Below the pieces are notes generated by a model. It was not told the origin of the DNA, ran no database searches, and worked only from the letters and a program-made list of their open reading frames with translations. From Myxococcota bacterium (GTDB taxonomy: Bacteria > Myxococcota > B64-G9): 64,000 nt of DNA. The stretch covers positions 181,547 through 245,546 of the forward strand of contig JAKLGA010000009.1 of assembly GCA_022710975.1 (NCBI GenBank), in the 5' to 3' direction. Every line of letters begins with the position of its first letter. Position 1 is the first letter of the stretch. Of the stretch, positions 1 to 9,423 are shown piece by piece. The translations under genes were made by a program, and so were the position numbers.

Positions 1-1269
1 GCGCGGCCGCTGCGCGAGCGGGTGATCCTGTGGAGGAAGCGGCTGCGGAGCGCGGCGGACGGCTACGGGCTGGTCGCCCAGTACCAGGCCGTGCGGGCCG
101 CTTGCGAGATCCCGGACTGGCGCGCCGAGGCCACCTTCCTGCGGGTGCTGGAGCGGGGCGTGCGCACCGAGGGTGACGTGGCCGTGGTGCTGCACGCCTT
201 CGACGGGCAGCCCGAGGTGCAGCAGTACCTGGCCCGGCTCATCCTGCGCCGGGCGGCCGAGCCGCGCCTGGTGGCGGCCGTCGAGCGGGTGCTGTTCAAG
301 GACCGCATCCAGTGGACCAGCGTGGATCTGGAGCTGGCCGGCCTGAAGGACGCCGGGGCCCGCATCGAGCGGCTGCGCCAGGTGCTGGCGCGCTCGCCCG
401 ACGATCCGGACGGCGTCCTGCGGCTGGTGCACCTGCTGGTGGAGGCGAACCAGGTCCAGGAGGCGCTCATCCTGGGCCGGCGGCTGCGCGACACGGGTCT
501 CGCCACCCCGTTCCTGTCCCGGGAGCTGGGCGACGTGCTGGCCCGCAACCAGATGTCGGATGAGGCCGTGCGCACCTACTCGGAGATCGTGGAGTTCGCG
601 CCCGACAGCCAGCCCTCGCGGAAGCTCCTGGGCGACATCTACCTGGCGCACGGCTGGTTCGATCCGGCCTACCGGCAGTTCCGCGCGCTGACCGAGCTGG
701 CGCCCGAGGAGCCCCAGTTCCAGCTCCGGCTGGCCGGCGCGGCGGCCGGGGCGGGCCGGGTGGACGAGGCGCTGCGCATCGAGCGCCAGGTGGCCCGGGC
801 CACCGGCCGGCCGGGGCCCGCGGACCCGCGCCTGTGGGCCCGGCTGTGGTCGGCCGCCCGCCTCGCGCGCATGCTGCACGAGCCGCCGGCGGTGCCCGGC
901 CTGGATCCGGCCCGCGTGCGCGAGGGGCTCAAGTCGAAGCTCAAGGAGCTGCAGCTCTTCCGCGGGGCGGGCACCCTGGTGGTGCTTTCCTGGGAGGACC
1001 TGACCGCGGATCTGGCGTTGCTGACCTTGCGCGGGGACACGGCCGCCGCGTTCGGCGAGGCCACCGACGCGGCCCCGGTGGGGCTGTCCGCGGTGCTGCT
1101 GTCGCCGGCCGACCTCGAGCAGGCCTCCCTGCGGGCGCAGCTCAGGAGCACCGTCTCCCGCAACCCCATCGCGCTCCGGCGCCAGGACATCACTTGGGAC
1201 GGCAAGGAGTTCCAAGTGAAGGTGACCTCGCTGACCCTGCCCCCGGGCGGCTCCCGGCTCGACCTGTGA
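1..1269 (+). CDS. TPR-like repeat protein, hypothetical; 5' end lies outside the window because the frame is open from nt 1
   Basis: Frame-1 ORF is open from position 1 with strong GC3 bias. Helical repeat-like composition (LGDIYLAHGWFDPAYRQFRALTELAPEEPQFQLRLAG...). No recognisable catalytic motif. Confidence 0.55.
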   Translation, partial: ARPLRERVILWRKRLRSAADGYGLVAQYQAVRAACEIPDWRAEATFLRVLERGVRTEGDVAVVLHAFDGQPEVQQYLARLILRRAAEPRLVAAVERVLFKDRIQWTSVDLELAGLKDAGARIERLRQVLARSPDDPDGVLRLVHLLVEANQVQEALILGRRLRDTGLATPFLSRELGDVLARNQMSDEAVRTYSEIVEFAPDSQPSRKLLGDIYLAHGWFDPAYRQFRALTELAPEEPQFQLRLAGAAAGAGRVDEALRIERQVARATGRPGPADPRLWARLWSAARLARMLHEPPAVPGLDPARVREGLKSKLKELQLFRGAGTLVVLSWEDLTADLALLTLRGDTAAAFGEATDAAPVGLSAVLLSPADLEQASLRAQLRSTVSRNPIALRRQDITWDGKEFQVKVTSLTLPPGGSRLDL

Positions 1270-1378
1270 GCCCGGCCCACCCCCCTGGCCGCCCTCCCCG
1301 GGGGAGGGTGGGCGCTCCGCCCCGTTTCTGCTAGAATCCTCTCGACTCTCCGGTGGACCCGGACCCTTGGAGGTGACC

Positions 1379-4300
1379 ATGTCCCTGCGCAGGAACGCAG
1401 ACCGGTCGGCGCGCTTCCGTCCCCTGGCCCTGGCGCTGCTGTGCGCGGCGTTCGCCCTGGGCAGCCTCGGCTGCAGCGACTCGGGCGGGCTGCCCGAGTG
1501 CATGAACGGGCTGGACTGCGACGACGGCGATCCATGCAACCTCGATCGCTGCGATCCCGTCGAGGGTTGCGTGCACCGCCCCGGTTCGCCGGAGGAGGTC
1601 TGCGACGACCAGGACGCCTGCACCACGGACACCTGCGACCCGGTCACGGGCTGCGCCCACGCGGACACCTCGGCCGCCTGCGACGACGGCAACCCGTGCA
1701 CGGCCGACTCCTGCGACCCGGCCGCGGGCTGCCTGAGCGACGGCACGGATCTGGCCGGGCCGTGCGACGACGGCAACCCCTGCACCGCCGGGGACGCCTG
1801 CCAGGGCGACCGGGCCGGCACCTGCCGGGGGCACGAGTTCGTGGACGCGGACTGCGACGACGGCAACCCGTGCACCCGGGACCTGTGCGACCTCGAGCTC
1901 GGCTGCCGGCACGACGGCACGGGCGAGCGCGGGCCGTGCGACGACCTCAGCGTGTGCACCACCGACGACGTGTGCCAGGGCGACGCGGCCGGCACCTGCC
2001 GGGGCACGGACCTCGGCCTGGAGCGCTGCGACGACGGCGACCCCTGCACCGCGGACACCTGCGACCCGCTGCTGGACTGCCAGCACGCGAGCGAGGGGGT
2101 GACCGCGGCCTGCGACGACGGCGATCCCTGCACCAGCATGGACGCCTGCCAGGGCGATGCGGACGGCACCTGCCTGGGGACCGTGCCCACGAGCTGCGAC
2201 GACGCCAACACCTGCACCCTGGACAGCTGCGACCCGGTCGCGGGCTGCGTGCACGACGGCACCGGCGTGGTGGACGGCTGCGACGACAAGAACGTGTGCA
2301 CCAGCGGCGACGTGTGCCACGGCGACGCGGCCGGCACCTGCGCCGGCGTGTTCCAGCCGAGCTCGGCCTGCGACGACTCCAACGTGTGCACGGTCGACAC
2401 CTGCGATCCGGTCCAGGGCTGCGTGCACGACGGCACGGACATCTCGCGCGCCTGCAGCGACGGGGACCCCTGCACGACCGGCGAGCTGTGCCAGGGCGAC
2501 GCCGCGGGCACCTGCGGCGGCGGCGGCCCCACCGACTGCGCCGATCTCAACCCGTGCACCGCGGACGCCTGCGACCCGGCCGTGGGCTGCGTGCACGACG
2601 GCGCCGGCATCCTGACGGCCTGCGACGACCTGAGCCTTTGCACCCAGGACGACGCCTGCCAGGGCGACGCGGCCGGCACCTGCAGCGGCGCGCCGGTCTC
2701 CTGCGACGACGGGAACGCCTGCACCGAGGACATCTGCGAGCCGCTGGAGGGCTGCCGCAGCGATCTGATGGCCAACAAGGACTGCGTGCCCAACATCGAG
2801 GTGGACTACCCGCCGCGCGGCGCGACCCTCCAGGGCGCGCTCGGCGACCCGGTGGTGACCACCACCGGCCACGTGTGGAGCGGGGCGGGGCCGATCACCT
2901 CCTTCCGCATCAACGGCGCGGACGTGGCGGTGGCGGCGGACGGCAGCTTCAGCCAGCCGGTGCAGGCCATGACCGGCGGCAACACCCTGGTGTACGAGGC
3001 CGAGGACGCCCTCGGCACCTACCGCAAGCGCGTGCAGGCCTTCCTGTGGTCCGACCGCTACCTGAAGCCCGACATCCTGATCCTCAAGAGCGGCATGGTG
3101 GACCCGGGCATGGGCATCTGGCTCAGCCAGGAGATCCTGGACGACGGCGACCACAGCCTGCCCCCGGACGATCTGGCCACCATCTTCGAGCTGGTGCTGG
3201 CGGACCTGGACATCGGCTCGTTCATCGATCCGTCCACCCCCATCGCCAGCGAGGCCGGCTTCGACATCTACGTCACCGGGCTGACCTACGCCTCCGCCAC
3301 CGCCAACCTGACGGCCATCAACGGAGGCATGCGCATCGACGCCGCGCTCAACACCATCCACGGCGATCTCTACTTCGACTGCACCGAGTGGTACTGCGAG
3401 CTGGCCGGCGGCGACGGCGGCGGCGACATCGCCATCGACTCGATCACCATCAGCGCCGACGTGCTGCTGTCCGTGGCCGCGGACCACACCCTGGTGGTGA
3501 CCGTGGCGAACCCGGTCACCTCCATCAACAACCTGGACGTGAGCGCGGACGACGGCTGGACGAACTTCCTGCTCAGCATCGTGGAGACCTTCATCCGCGA
3601 CTCCCTGGTGGCCGATCTCGAGGCCGAGCTGAACAGCCAGCTCACCGGGCAGCTCGCGCCCATGCTGCAGGACGCGCTCTCGGCGCTGGCCTTCAACGAG
3701 TCGTTCGACCTGCCCCGGCTGGACGGCTCGGGCGAGGTGATCTCGGTGAACCTGGTGACCGACTTCTCCTACACCAGCTTCCACCCGGGCGGCGGGGCCA
3801 TCGGGTTGCGGGCCGTGGGCTACACGGTCGACGCGGTGCCCTACGACAACCTGGGCGTGCCGGGCCGGGCCGGCTGCGGCTCGGGCGTCCAGACCCTGGT
3901 GGTCCCGGGCGCCTTCCCCTTCGAGTTGTCGCTCGCGGACGACACGCTCAACTCCCTGTTCTTCGCCGCCTGGAACGGCGGGCTGATGGAGTTCCCGGTG
4001 CCGCCCGAGCTGCTGGGCGACATCGACTTCGCCCAGTACGGCATCACCAACATGAGCATGTCGCTCTCGGCCATGCTGGCGCCGACCGCCACCGACTGCT
4101 GGCCGGACGGGCAGCTGCGCATCTTCATCGGCGACCTCAGCCTGCGGGCCTCGTTCCAGTTCGCCGGCCTGCCGGTCGACCTGGTGCTGTGGGCCACGGC
4201 CACCATGGGCCTGCAGGTGACCGCCGAGAACGGCGAGATCGCCATCGCCATCACCCAGATCGACGCAATCGAGACCCAGCTCGAGGTGCAGCAGGACAGC

Positions 4301-4522
4301 CTGATCGGGCTCATCGACCTCATCGGCGACGGGCTCGAGGTGCTGCTGACCGACACGCTCATGGAGATGCTGGGGGGCGGCGCGCTGGCCACCATCCCGC
4401 TGCCGGAGATCGATCTCAGCGCGGCGCTGCCCACGCTGCCGCCGGGCACGGTCATCGCGCTCGATCCGCAGCAGGTCACCCGGCAGGGTGGCAACACCAT
4501 CATCAGCGGCGATCTGCGCTAG
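1379..4522 (+). CDS. Secreted or lipoprotein cysteine-rich repeat protein. About 25 repeats of the [18 protein letters not shown] Myxococcus-type repeat, followed by a roughly 580-aa C-terminal domain.
   Basis: GGAGG lies 5 nt before the ATG at 1379; the ORF tool started at a TTG at 1367. Signal peptide LALALLCAAFALGSLGC (lipobox-like). Repeat consensus DGNxCTxDxC....GC recurs through roughly residues 50-470. GC3-rich. Confidence 0.8.
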   Translation: MSLRRNADRSARFRPLALALLCAAFALGSLGCSDSGGLPECMNGLDCDDGDPCNLDRCDPVEGCVHRPGSPEEVCDDQDACTTDTCDPVTGCAHADTSAACDDGNPCTADSCDPAAGCLSDGTDLAGPCDDGNPCTAGDACQGDRAGTCRGHEFVDADCDDGNPCTRDLCDLELGCRHDGTGERGPCDDLSVCTTDDVCQGDAAGTCRGTDLGLERCDDGDPCTADTCDPLLDCQHASEGVTAACDDGDPCTSMDACQGDADGTCLGTVPTSCDDANTCTLDSCDPVAGCVHDGTGVVDGCDDKNVCTSGDVCHGDAAGTCAGVFQPSSACDDSNVCTVDTCDPVQGCVHDGTDISRACSDGDPCTTGELCQGDAAGTCGGGGPTDCADLNPCTADACDPAVGCVHDGAGILTACDDLSLCTQDDACQGDAAGTCSGAPVSCDDGNACTEDICEPLEGCRSDLMANKDCVPNIEVDYPPRGATLQGALGDPVVTTTGHVWSGAGPITSFRINGADVAVAADGSFSQPVQAMTGGNTLVYEAEDALGTYRKRVQAFLWSDRYLKPDILILKSGMVDPGMGIWLSQEILDDGDHSLPPDDLATIFELVLADLDIGSFIDPSTPIASEAGFDIYVTGLTYASATANLTAINGGMRIDAALNTIHGDLYFDCTEWYCELAGGDGGGDIAIDSITISADVLLSVAADHTLVVTVANPVTSINNLDVSADDGWTNFLLSIVETFIRDSLVADLEAELNSQLTGQLAPMLQDALSALAFNESFDLPRLDGSGEVISVNLVTDFSYTSFHPGGGAIGLRAVGYTVDAVPYDNLGVPGRAGCGSGVQTLVVPGAFPFELSLADDTLNSLFFAAWNGGLMEFPVPPELLGDIDFAQYGITNMSMSLSAMLAPTATDCWPDGQLRIFIGDLSLRASFQFAGLPVDLVLWATATMGLQVTAENGEIAIAITQIDAIETQLEVQQDSLIGLIDLIGDGLEVLLTDTLMEMLGGGALATIPLPEIDLSAALPTLPPGTVIALDPQQVTRQGGNTIISGDLR

Positions 4523-4550
4523 TCCGCGGCGCCTGGAGCGGGAGGAGAAC

Positions 4551-6833
4551 ATGCACACGGCTCACATTCGTCCCTGGCGCCCGATCGCGGCGGCCGCGCT
4601 GCTGCTCGGCTCGCTGGCCTGCGGCGGCACCCAGTGCGACTGCGTCCAGCCGCTCGGCGGGCCCGTCCCGGCCGAGGAGCAGGTCCTCGACGCGGTCCAG
4701 CTCCGCCTGACCCCGCAGGCCTTCGACTTCCTCGAACAGAACCTGCCCGGCCTGCTGGCGAGCATGCTGCCCGGCGGGCTCGCCTTCCCGGTGCCGCCCA
4801 TGCACCAGGAGTTCGACGCCTGGATCTTCTCCCTGTCGCTCGACATCTGCGAGGCCGGCTGCGAGCTGCAGGCGGACATCGCCGGCGCCACGCTCGCGCG
4901 GGTGGAGCCCGATCGGCTGCACCTGACCGCGCTCGCCAACCTGACGGGCCTGCTCACCCTGGGCGGCGACGTGGAGTGCAAGGTGCCCATCGCCATCCAG
5001 CAGAAGCCCGTGGAGGCGGACGTCATCCTGCGCGTCGATCCGCGCGACGGCCTGCTGTCCTTCGGGGTGCAGGGCCTGACCGTCGCCATCACCGACGAGG
5101 ACTACGAGCTCGAGTGCTACGGGATGCTGGGGGCGCTGGTCGAGTCCCTCAAGGGCTTCCTCACCCAGATGATGAACGAGCAGATCAGCGGCCAGCTCGA
5201 CAGCGCCCTCGGCGGCATGCTGGACCAGGCCACCTGCCTGGCCTGCGGCTTCTACACCGGCGGCTGCCCGGGCGGCTCGGCCTGCGACGGGGAGTACTGC
5301 CTGGACGGCGCGGACGTGTGCCTGACCAACCCGCTGGGGCTGGCGGGCAGCCTGGACGTCGGCGCGCTGCTGGCCTCGGTGGTGCCCGGGCTGTCGGCCG
5401 AGCTCGAGGTGTTCCTGGCCGCCGGCCAGCAGGCGGAGCCGGCCGTGGACCCGCTGGTGGTGGCCGACGGCCTGGAGCTGCGCATGATCGGCGCGTTCGA
5501 CGCCGAGCGGAACCGCTGCGTGCCCGAGCCCGACCCGGCCGAGCTGCCGCCGGTCGCGCCGGCGCCGCGGCTGCCCTTCGCCGCGGACAACCTGGTGCCG
5601 GGCAGCGCCGTGCCGTTCATGCTGGGTGTGGGGGTGTCGGACGCGTTCCTCGACCGGGCGCTCCTCAAGGCCTACCTGGGCGGGGCGCTGTGCCTGTCGC
5701 TCGACTCGGGCCTGTCCGACATGCTCTCCTCGGGCACGCTGGCGATGCTCATGGGCTCGCTGGACACCCTCACCCGCGGCCAGAACGCCCCGGTGCGCAT
5801 CGCGCTCCGGCCCCAGGGCGTGCCCGGCCTGATCGTGGGCCTGGGCACCTTCACCGTGGACAACCTCGGAAACAAGATCATCGACGATCCGCTGCTGACC
5901 ATCGAGCTGCCGGACGTGGCGCTCGACTTCTACGTGCGGGTGGACGAGCGCTGGGCGCGGGTGGTGACTCTCACCCAGGATCTCCGCCTGCTCCTGGGCA
6001 TGGACTTCCTGCCGGACAACCGGGTGCTGCCGGTGTTCGACGCGAACTCCATCGAGATCGGCGAGGTGGTGGCGTCGAACTACGAGCTCCTGGCCGAGGA
6101 CCCAGCCGCGCTCGAGCAGCTCCTGCCCACCCTGCTGGGGCTCGCGCTGCCCATGCTGACGGAGTCCCTGGGGGTGATCGACATCCCCGAGATCCAGGGC
6201 TTCCTGCTCGAGATCCTGGCGGTGCGAGGGGAGCTGGCGAAGCTCGACGGCTCGGCCGGCTTCGAGCACCTGGCGCTGTACGCCAACCTGGGCCTGGTCT
6301 CCGCACCCCCGCCCGCCCCGCGCGAGACCCGCGCCTGGGTGCGCGAGGTGCGCACCCCGGCCTGGAGCGCCATGTCCATCCACGCCCCGGGCGGGCCGGC
6401 CTACCCCGAGGTGGCGCTGGACGTCGGCGCGGACCGGGCCGGCCCGGCCGAGTACTCCTGGCGCCTGGACGGCGGGGGCTGGAGCGTGTTCCAGCCCGGG
6501 CCGCGCCTGGTGGTGAGGAGCCCGGTGCTGGCGCTGCGGGGCGAGCACCGCATCGAGGTGCGCGCGCGCACCGCGGGCGCCTACCGCTCGCTCGATCCCA
6601 GCCCCGCGCTCGTGCGGGTGGACATCGCGCCCCCGCGCGACCTGCCCGTGGCCGCGGACCGGCCAGCCGGGCCGTCGCTGGACCGGCTGGGCCAGCCCGG
6701 GGGCGAGCTGCGGGTGGGCGAGGACGCCGCCGCGCCCGGGGAGCCCCAGGCCGGCTGCGCGACCGGCCCGGGCTCTGGCCTGGCGCTCGGCCTGCTCGCC
6801 CTCGCGCTCCTCGGGCTGCGGCGCAGGGCCTGA
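4551..6833 (+). CDS. Secreted or lipoprotein with a C-terminal MYXO-CTERM sorting signal. Its middle domain is paralogous to the C-terminal domain of the upstream gene.
   Basis: GGGAGGAG RBS before the ATG at 4551. Signal peptide IAAAALLLGSLACGG. C-terminus GCATGPGSGLALGLLALALLGLRRRA matches the MYXO-CTERM pattern. It starts 28 nt after the upstream gene, so the two are a likely operon. Confidence 0.75.
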   Translation: MHTAHIRPWRPIAAAALLLGSLACGGTQCDCVQPLGGPVPAEEQVLDAVQLRLTPQAFDFLEQNLPGLLASMLPGGLAFPVPPMHQEFDAWIFSLSLDICEAGCELQADIAGATLARVEPDRLHLTALANLTGLLTLGGDVECKVPIAIQQKPVEADVILRVDPRDGLLSFGVQGLTVAITDEDYELECYGMLGALVESLKGFLTQMMNEQISGQLDSALGGMLDQATCLACGFYTGGCPGGSACDGEYCLDGADVCLTNPLGLAGSLDVGALLASVVPGLSAELEVFLAAGQQAEPAVDPLVVADGLELRMIGAFDAERNRCVPEPDPAELPPVAPAPRLPFAADNLVPGSAVPFMLGVGVSDAFLDRALLKAYLGGALCLSLDSGLSDMLSSGTLAMLMGSLDTLTRGQNAPVRIALRPQGVPGLIVGLGTFTVDNLGNKIIDDPLLTIELPDVALDFYVRVDERWARVVTLTQDLRLLLGMDFLPDNRVLPVFDANSIEIGEVVASNYELLAEDPAALEQLLPTLLGLALPMLTESLGVIDIPEIQGFLLEILAVRGELAKLDGSAGFEHLALYANLGLVSAPPPAPRETRAWVREVRTPAWSAMSIHAPGGPAYPEVALDVGADRAGPAEYSWRLDGGGWSVFQPGPRLVVRSPVLALRGEHRIEVRARTAGAYRSLDPSPALVRVDIAPPRDLPVAADRPAGPSLDRLGQPGGELRVGEDAAAPGEPQAGCATGPGSGLALGLLALALLGLRRRA

Positions 6834-6917
6834 CCTCCCTGCGAGGCACCATCCAACTACCATCCAGGCGTTGGCTGACCTTCCCCTGAGAGAATGCCCT
6901 GAGCGAATCACACACGC

Positions 6918-7147
6918 AGGGTCTGCCAACGTCAGGACGAGGACCCCATCTCGGAAGAGCCCTTCGCGGGAGTCTCCCTTCCGGTCCTCGAAACTCGCGG
7001 ATCGGTCCCGCGCAGGCTTCGGCGTCCAGTGCTCAGGCTGCTCACTCCCTCACCTGCGCGGTCGGCTGTGGAGGCTCAGACATCTCGGACCGTCAGGGAG
7101 ACCCCCGCTCGGGCACACCCGGAGGGTCTGCCAACGTCAGGACGTGG
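6918..7147. repeat. Pair of about 24-nt direct repeats (GGGTCTGCCAACGTCAGGACG) at 6918-6941 and 7121-7147, in a convergent intergenic region
   Basis: 25 of 27 identical over the two copies. Both are flanked by the CATCTCGG motif. The region lies between the ends of the convergent genes 4551..6833(+) and 7166..7576(-). Confidence 0.5.
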
Positions 7148-7165
7148 TCGGGCTTCGGGGGGCGG

Positions 7166-7576
7166 TCAGGATTTCGCGGTCGAGGCGCCGGCGGACCCGC
7201 CAGGGTTCAGCTCCTGGGCCAGCCACTTCCCCAGGATCTTGCTCTTCAGCACGTAGCCGTCCGCGCCGCAGGTCCTGGCCAGCTCCTTGAGCTCGGTCTC
7301 GTCCATGCCGGAGCAGAGCACCACCTTGATGCCCTTGAAGATGTCGTTGCCCTTGAGGAAACGGCAGTAGCTCTGGCCGTCCACGTCGGGCATCATCACG
7401 TCCAGCAGGACGAGATCCGGCCGGGTGGCCTTGTTCAGGATGGTCCGGGTGGCCTCGTCCACGGCCGCGGCCGTGTGGACCTCGAAGTTCTGCTCGCTGA
7501 GCTCGCCCCGGATCAGCATGGCGGTGGTCAGGCTGTCGTCCACCACCAGCACCCGCCACTTCTTCTCTTCCACCAC
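7166..7576 (-). CDS. Single-domain CheY-like response regulator (receiver domain only)
   Basis: WRVLVVDDS...LLDVMMPDVDG...KVVLCSG...GADGYVLKS carries the receiver acidic pocket, phospho-Asp and conserved Lys. GGGAGG RBS lies before tandem GTG codons at 7576/7573. An upstream ATG at 7618 lacks an RBS. Confidence 0.75.
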   Translation of the reverse strand: MVEEKKWRVLVVDDSLTTAMLIRGELSEQNFEVHTAAAVDEATRTILNKATRPDLVLLDVMMPDVDGQSYCRFLKGNDIFKGIKVVLCSGMDETELKELARTCGADGYVLKSKILGKWLAQELNPGGSAGASTAKS

Positions 7577-7864
7577 CGCTCCGCCTCCCTCCCATCCCCT
7601 GGCCCCGACCTGCAGCATCGCACTACCTCCGACGGAGTAGGAACCAGCCTGGTTCTGTCTTTTTATGTACTGGTTCCGGACCCGCTGCCAAGGGAAAAGA
7701 TGTCCCCAGGTGGGGGTGCCGGTGTGACCGGAAAAATCGGACACGGTGGGCGCTCCGGAGGGGAGTCGAGCGCCTAACGCTTTGATCTTCAAGAGGATGC
7801 ATTTTGGCCCTGGCTTTGCTAGCGCCAGAGGCGGCGGGCATCCAGCCCGCCGGGGAGGAGGGCC

Positions 7865-9397
7865 ATGCTCGCCAGGGTGTTTTCCGGTGCCATTCTCGGG
7901 GTGGATGCCTTCCAGGTCGAGGTCGAGGTGGACATGGCCCGGGGGCTGCCCAACTTCGCCACGGTCGGGCTGGCCGAAGGGGCGGTGCGGGAGAGCCGGG
8001 TGCGGGTCGAGTCGGCCCTCAAGAACTCCGGCCTGGAGTTCCCCCAGAAGAGGATCACGGTGAACCTCGCCCCGGCCGACGTGCGCAAGTCCGGCTCGGC
8101 CTTCGATCTGCCCATCGCCCTCGGGCTGGTGGCCGCGGGGGAGGGCATCCCGGACGAGCGCCTGGCCCGCACCCTGGTGCTCGGCGAGCTGGGGCTGGCC
8201 GGAGAGGTCCGGCGGGTGCCCGGGGCCCTGGCCATGGCGCTGCTGGCCCAGCAGCAGGCGCTGGAGGAGGTGATCTGCCCGGTCGAGTGCGCCGCGGAGG
8301 CGGCCGTGGTGGAGAGCCTGCGGGTGATCCCGGTGCGCACCTTCCGGGAGGTGGTCGACCACCTGACCGGCGCGCTGCCCCTGCAGCCCTGCCCGCCGCC
8401 GGCTGCGCCCCTCCAGGGCGGGGGGCTCATGCCGCTGGACTTCTGCCACGTGCGTGGGCAGGCGAGCGCCAAGCGCGCCCTCGAGGTGGCGGCCGCGGGG
8501 GGCCACAACCTCCTGATGGTGGGCCCGCCCGGCTCGGGCAAGACCATGCTGGCCAGGCGGCTGCCGACCATCCTGCCGCCGATGACCTTCGCCGAGTCGG
8601 TCGAGGTGAGCAAGATCCACTCCATCGCCGGGCTGCTGCGCGCGGGCGCCGGCCTGCTCGCGGCCCGCCCGTTCCGGGCTCCCCACCACACGGTCTCGGA
8701 CGCCGGCCTGGTGGGCGGGGGGGGGATCCCCAGGCCCGGGGAGGTCACCCTCGCGCACCGGGGGGTGCTGTTCCTCGACGAACTGCCCGAGTTCCGGAAA
8801 CACGTGCTCGAGGTGCTCCGCCAGCCCCTCGAGGATCACCTGGTGACCATCGCCCGGGCCCAGACCACCATCACCTTCCCGGCCAGCTTCATGCTGGTGG
8901 CGGCCATGAACCCGTGCCCGTGCGGGAACCTGGGCGATCCGCGGCACGCCTGCACCTGCTCCTCTGGCGCCATCCTGCGCTACCGGGAGCGCCTGTCCGG
9001 GCCGCTCCTGGACCGGATCGACATCCAGGTGGAGGTCCCGGCCGTGGCCTGCGGCGAGCTGGTGAAGGCCGGGCCGTGCGAGGGCTCGGAGGAGATCCGC
9101 GCGCGGGTTTTACGGGCGCGCGAGCGGCAGCGCGGCCGGTTCGAGCCCACCGCCGCCTCGGCCTGCAACGCGCACCTCGGCCCGGCCCAGGTGGAGCGCT
9201 GCTGCAAGCTGGGCGCGCCCGAGCAGGCCCTGCTGGAGATGGCCGTGCGCCGGCTGGGCTTCTCGGCCCGCGGCTTCGACCGCATCCTGAAGGTCGCCCG
9301 CACCGCGGCCGATCTCGAGGGCGCCCCGGACATCCGGGCCGAGCACCTGGCCGAGGCCATCCAGTACCGCTCCCTGGACCGCCCGATTCAAGCCTAG
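7865..9397 (+). CDS. comM: YifB/ComM family Mg-chelatase-like AAA+ ATPase
   Basis: N-terminal Lon-like domain (FSGAILGVDAFQVEVEVD...GLPNFATVGL), Walker A GPPGSGKTML, and a Cys cluster CPCGNLGDPRHACTC. Full-length 510 aa. Confidence 0.9.
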   Translation: MLARVFSGAILGVDAFQVEVEVDMARGLPNFATVGLAEGAVRESRVRVESALKNSGLEFPQKRITVNLAPADVRKSGSAFDLPIALGLVAAGEGIPDERLARTLVLGELGLAGEVRRVPGALAMALLAQQQALEEVICPVECAAEAAVVESLRVIPVRTFREVVDHLTGALPLQPCPPPAAPLQGGGLMPLDFCHVRGQASAKRALEVAAAGGHNLLMVGPPGSGKTMLARRLPTILPPMTFAESVEVSKIHSIAGLLRAGAGLLAARPFRAPHHTVSDAGLVGGGGIPRPGEVTLAHRGVLFLDELPEFRKHVLEVLRQPLEDHLVTIARAQTTITFPASFMLVAAMNPCPCGNLGDPRHACTCSSGAILRYRERLSGPLLDRIDIQVEVPAVACGELVKAGPCEGSEEIRARVLRARERQRGRFEPTAASACNAHLGPAQVERCCKLGAPEQALLEMAVRRLGFSARGFDRILKVARTAADLEGAPDIRAEHLAEAIQYRSLDRPIQA

Positions 9398-9423
9398 CGG
9401 CGGGCTGGTGTAGGATTGGACGC

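Noticed and set aside
1331-4558. 1075-aa minus-strand ORF, and the 1089-aa plus-strand frame-shifted ORF 1441..4710, both overlapping the Cys-repeat gene
   Set aside because: Low-complexity Ala/Arg/Gly/Val translations typical of antisense or shifted frames of GC-rich coding DNA. The real frame has the DGNxCT repeat logic and a signal peptide.
4503-6929. 808-aa minus-strand ORF and the 751-aa plus-strand frame-2 ORF over the MYXO-CTERM lipoprotein gene
   Set aside because: Arg/Gly/Pro/Ala-rich shadow translations with no motifs. The coding frame is supported by the signal peptide, the MYXO-CTERM tail and the RBS.
6871-7290. 139-aa plus-strand ORF in the 6834-7165 intergenic region
   Set aside because: Ser/Arg/Pro-rich low-complexity product, no RBS, and it overlaps the response-regulator gene on the other strand. 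The region is better explained as non-coding repeats.
7166-8947. 593-aa minus-strand ORF fusing the response regulator to antisense comM
   Set aside because: Only the last 136-150 codons form a receiver domain. The upstream 440 codons are antisense to the well-supported comM gene.
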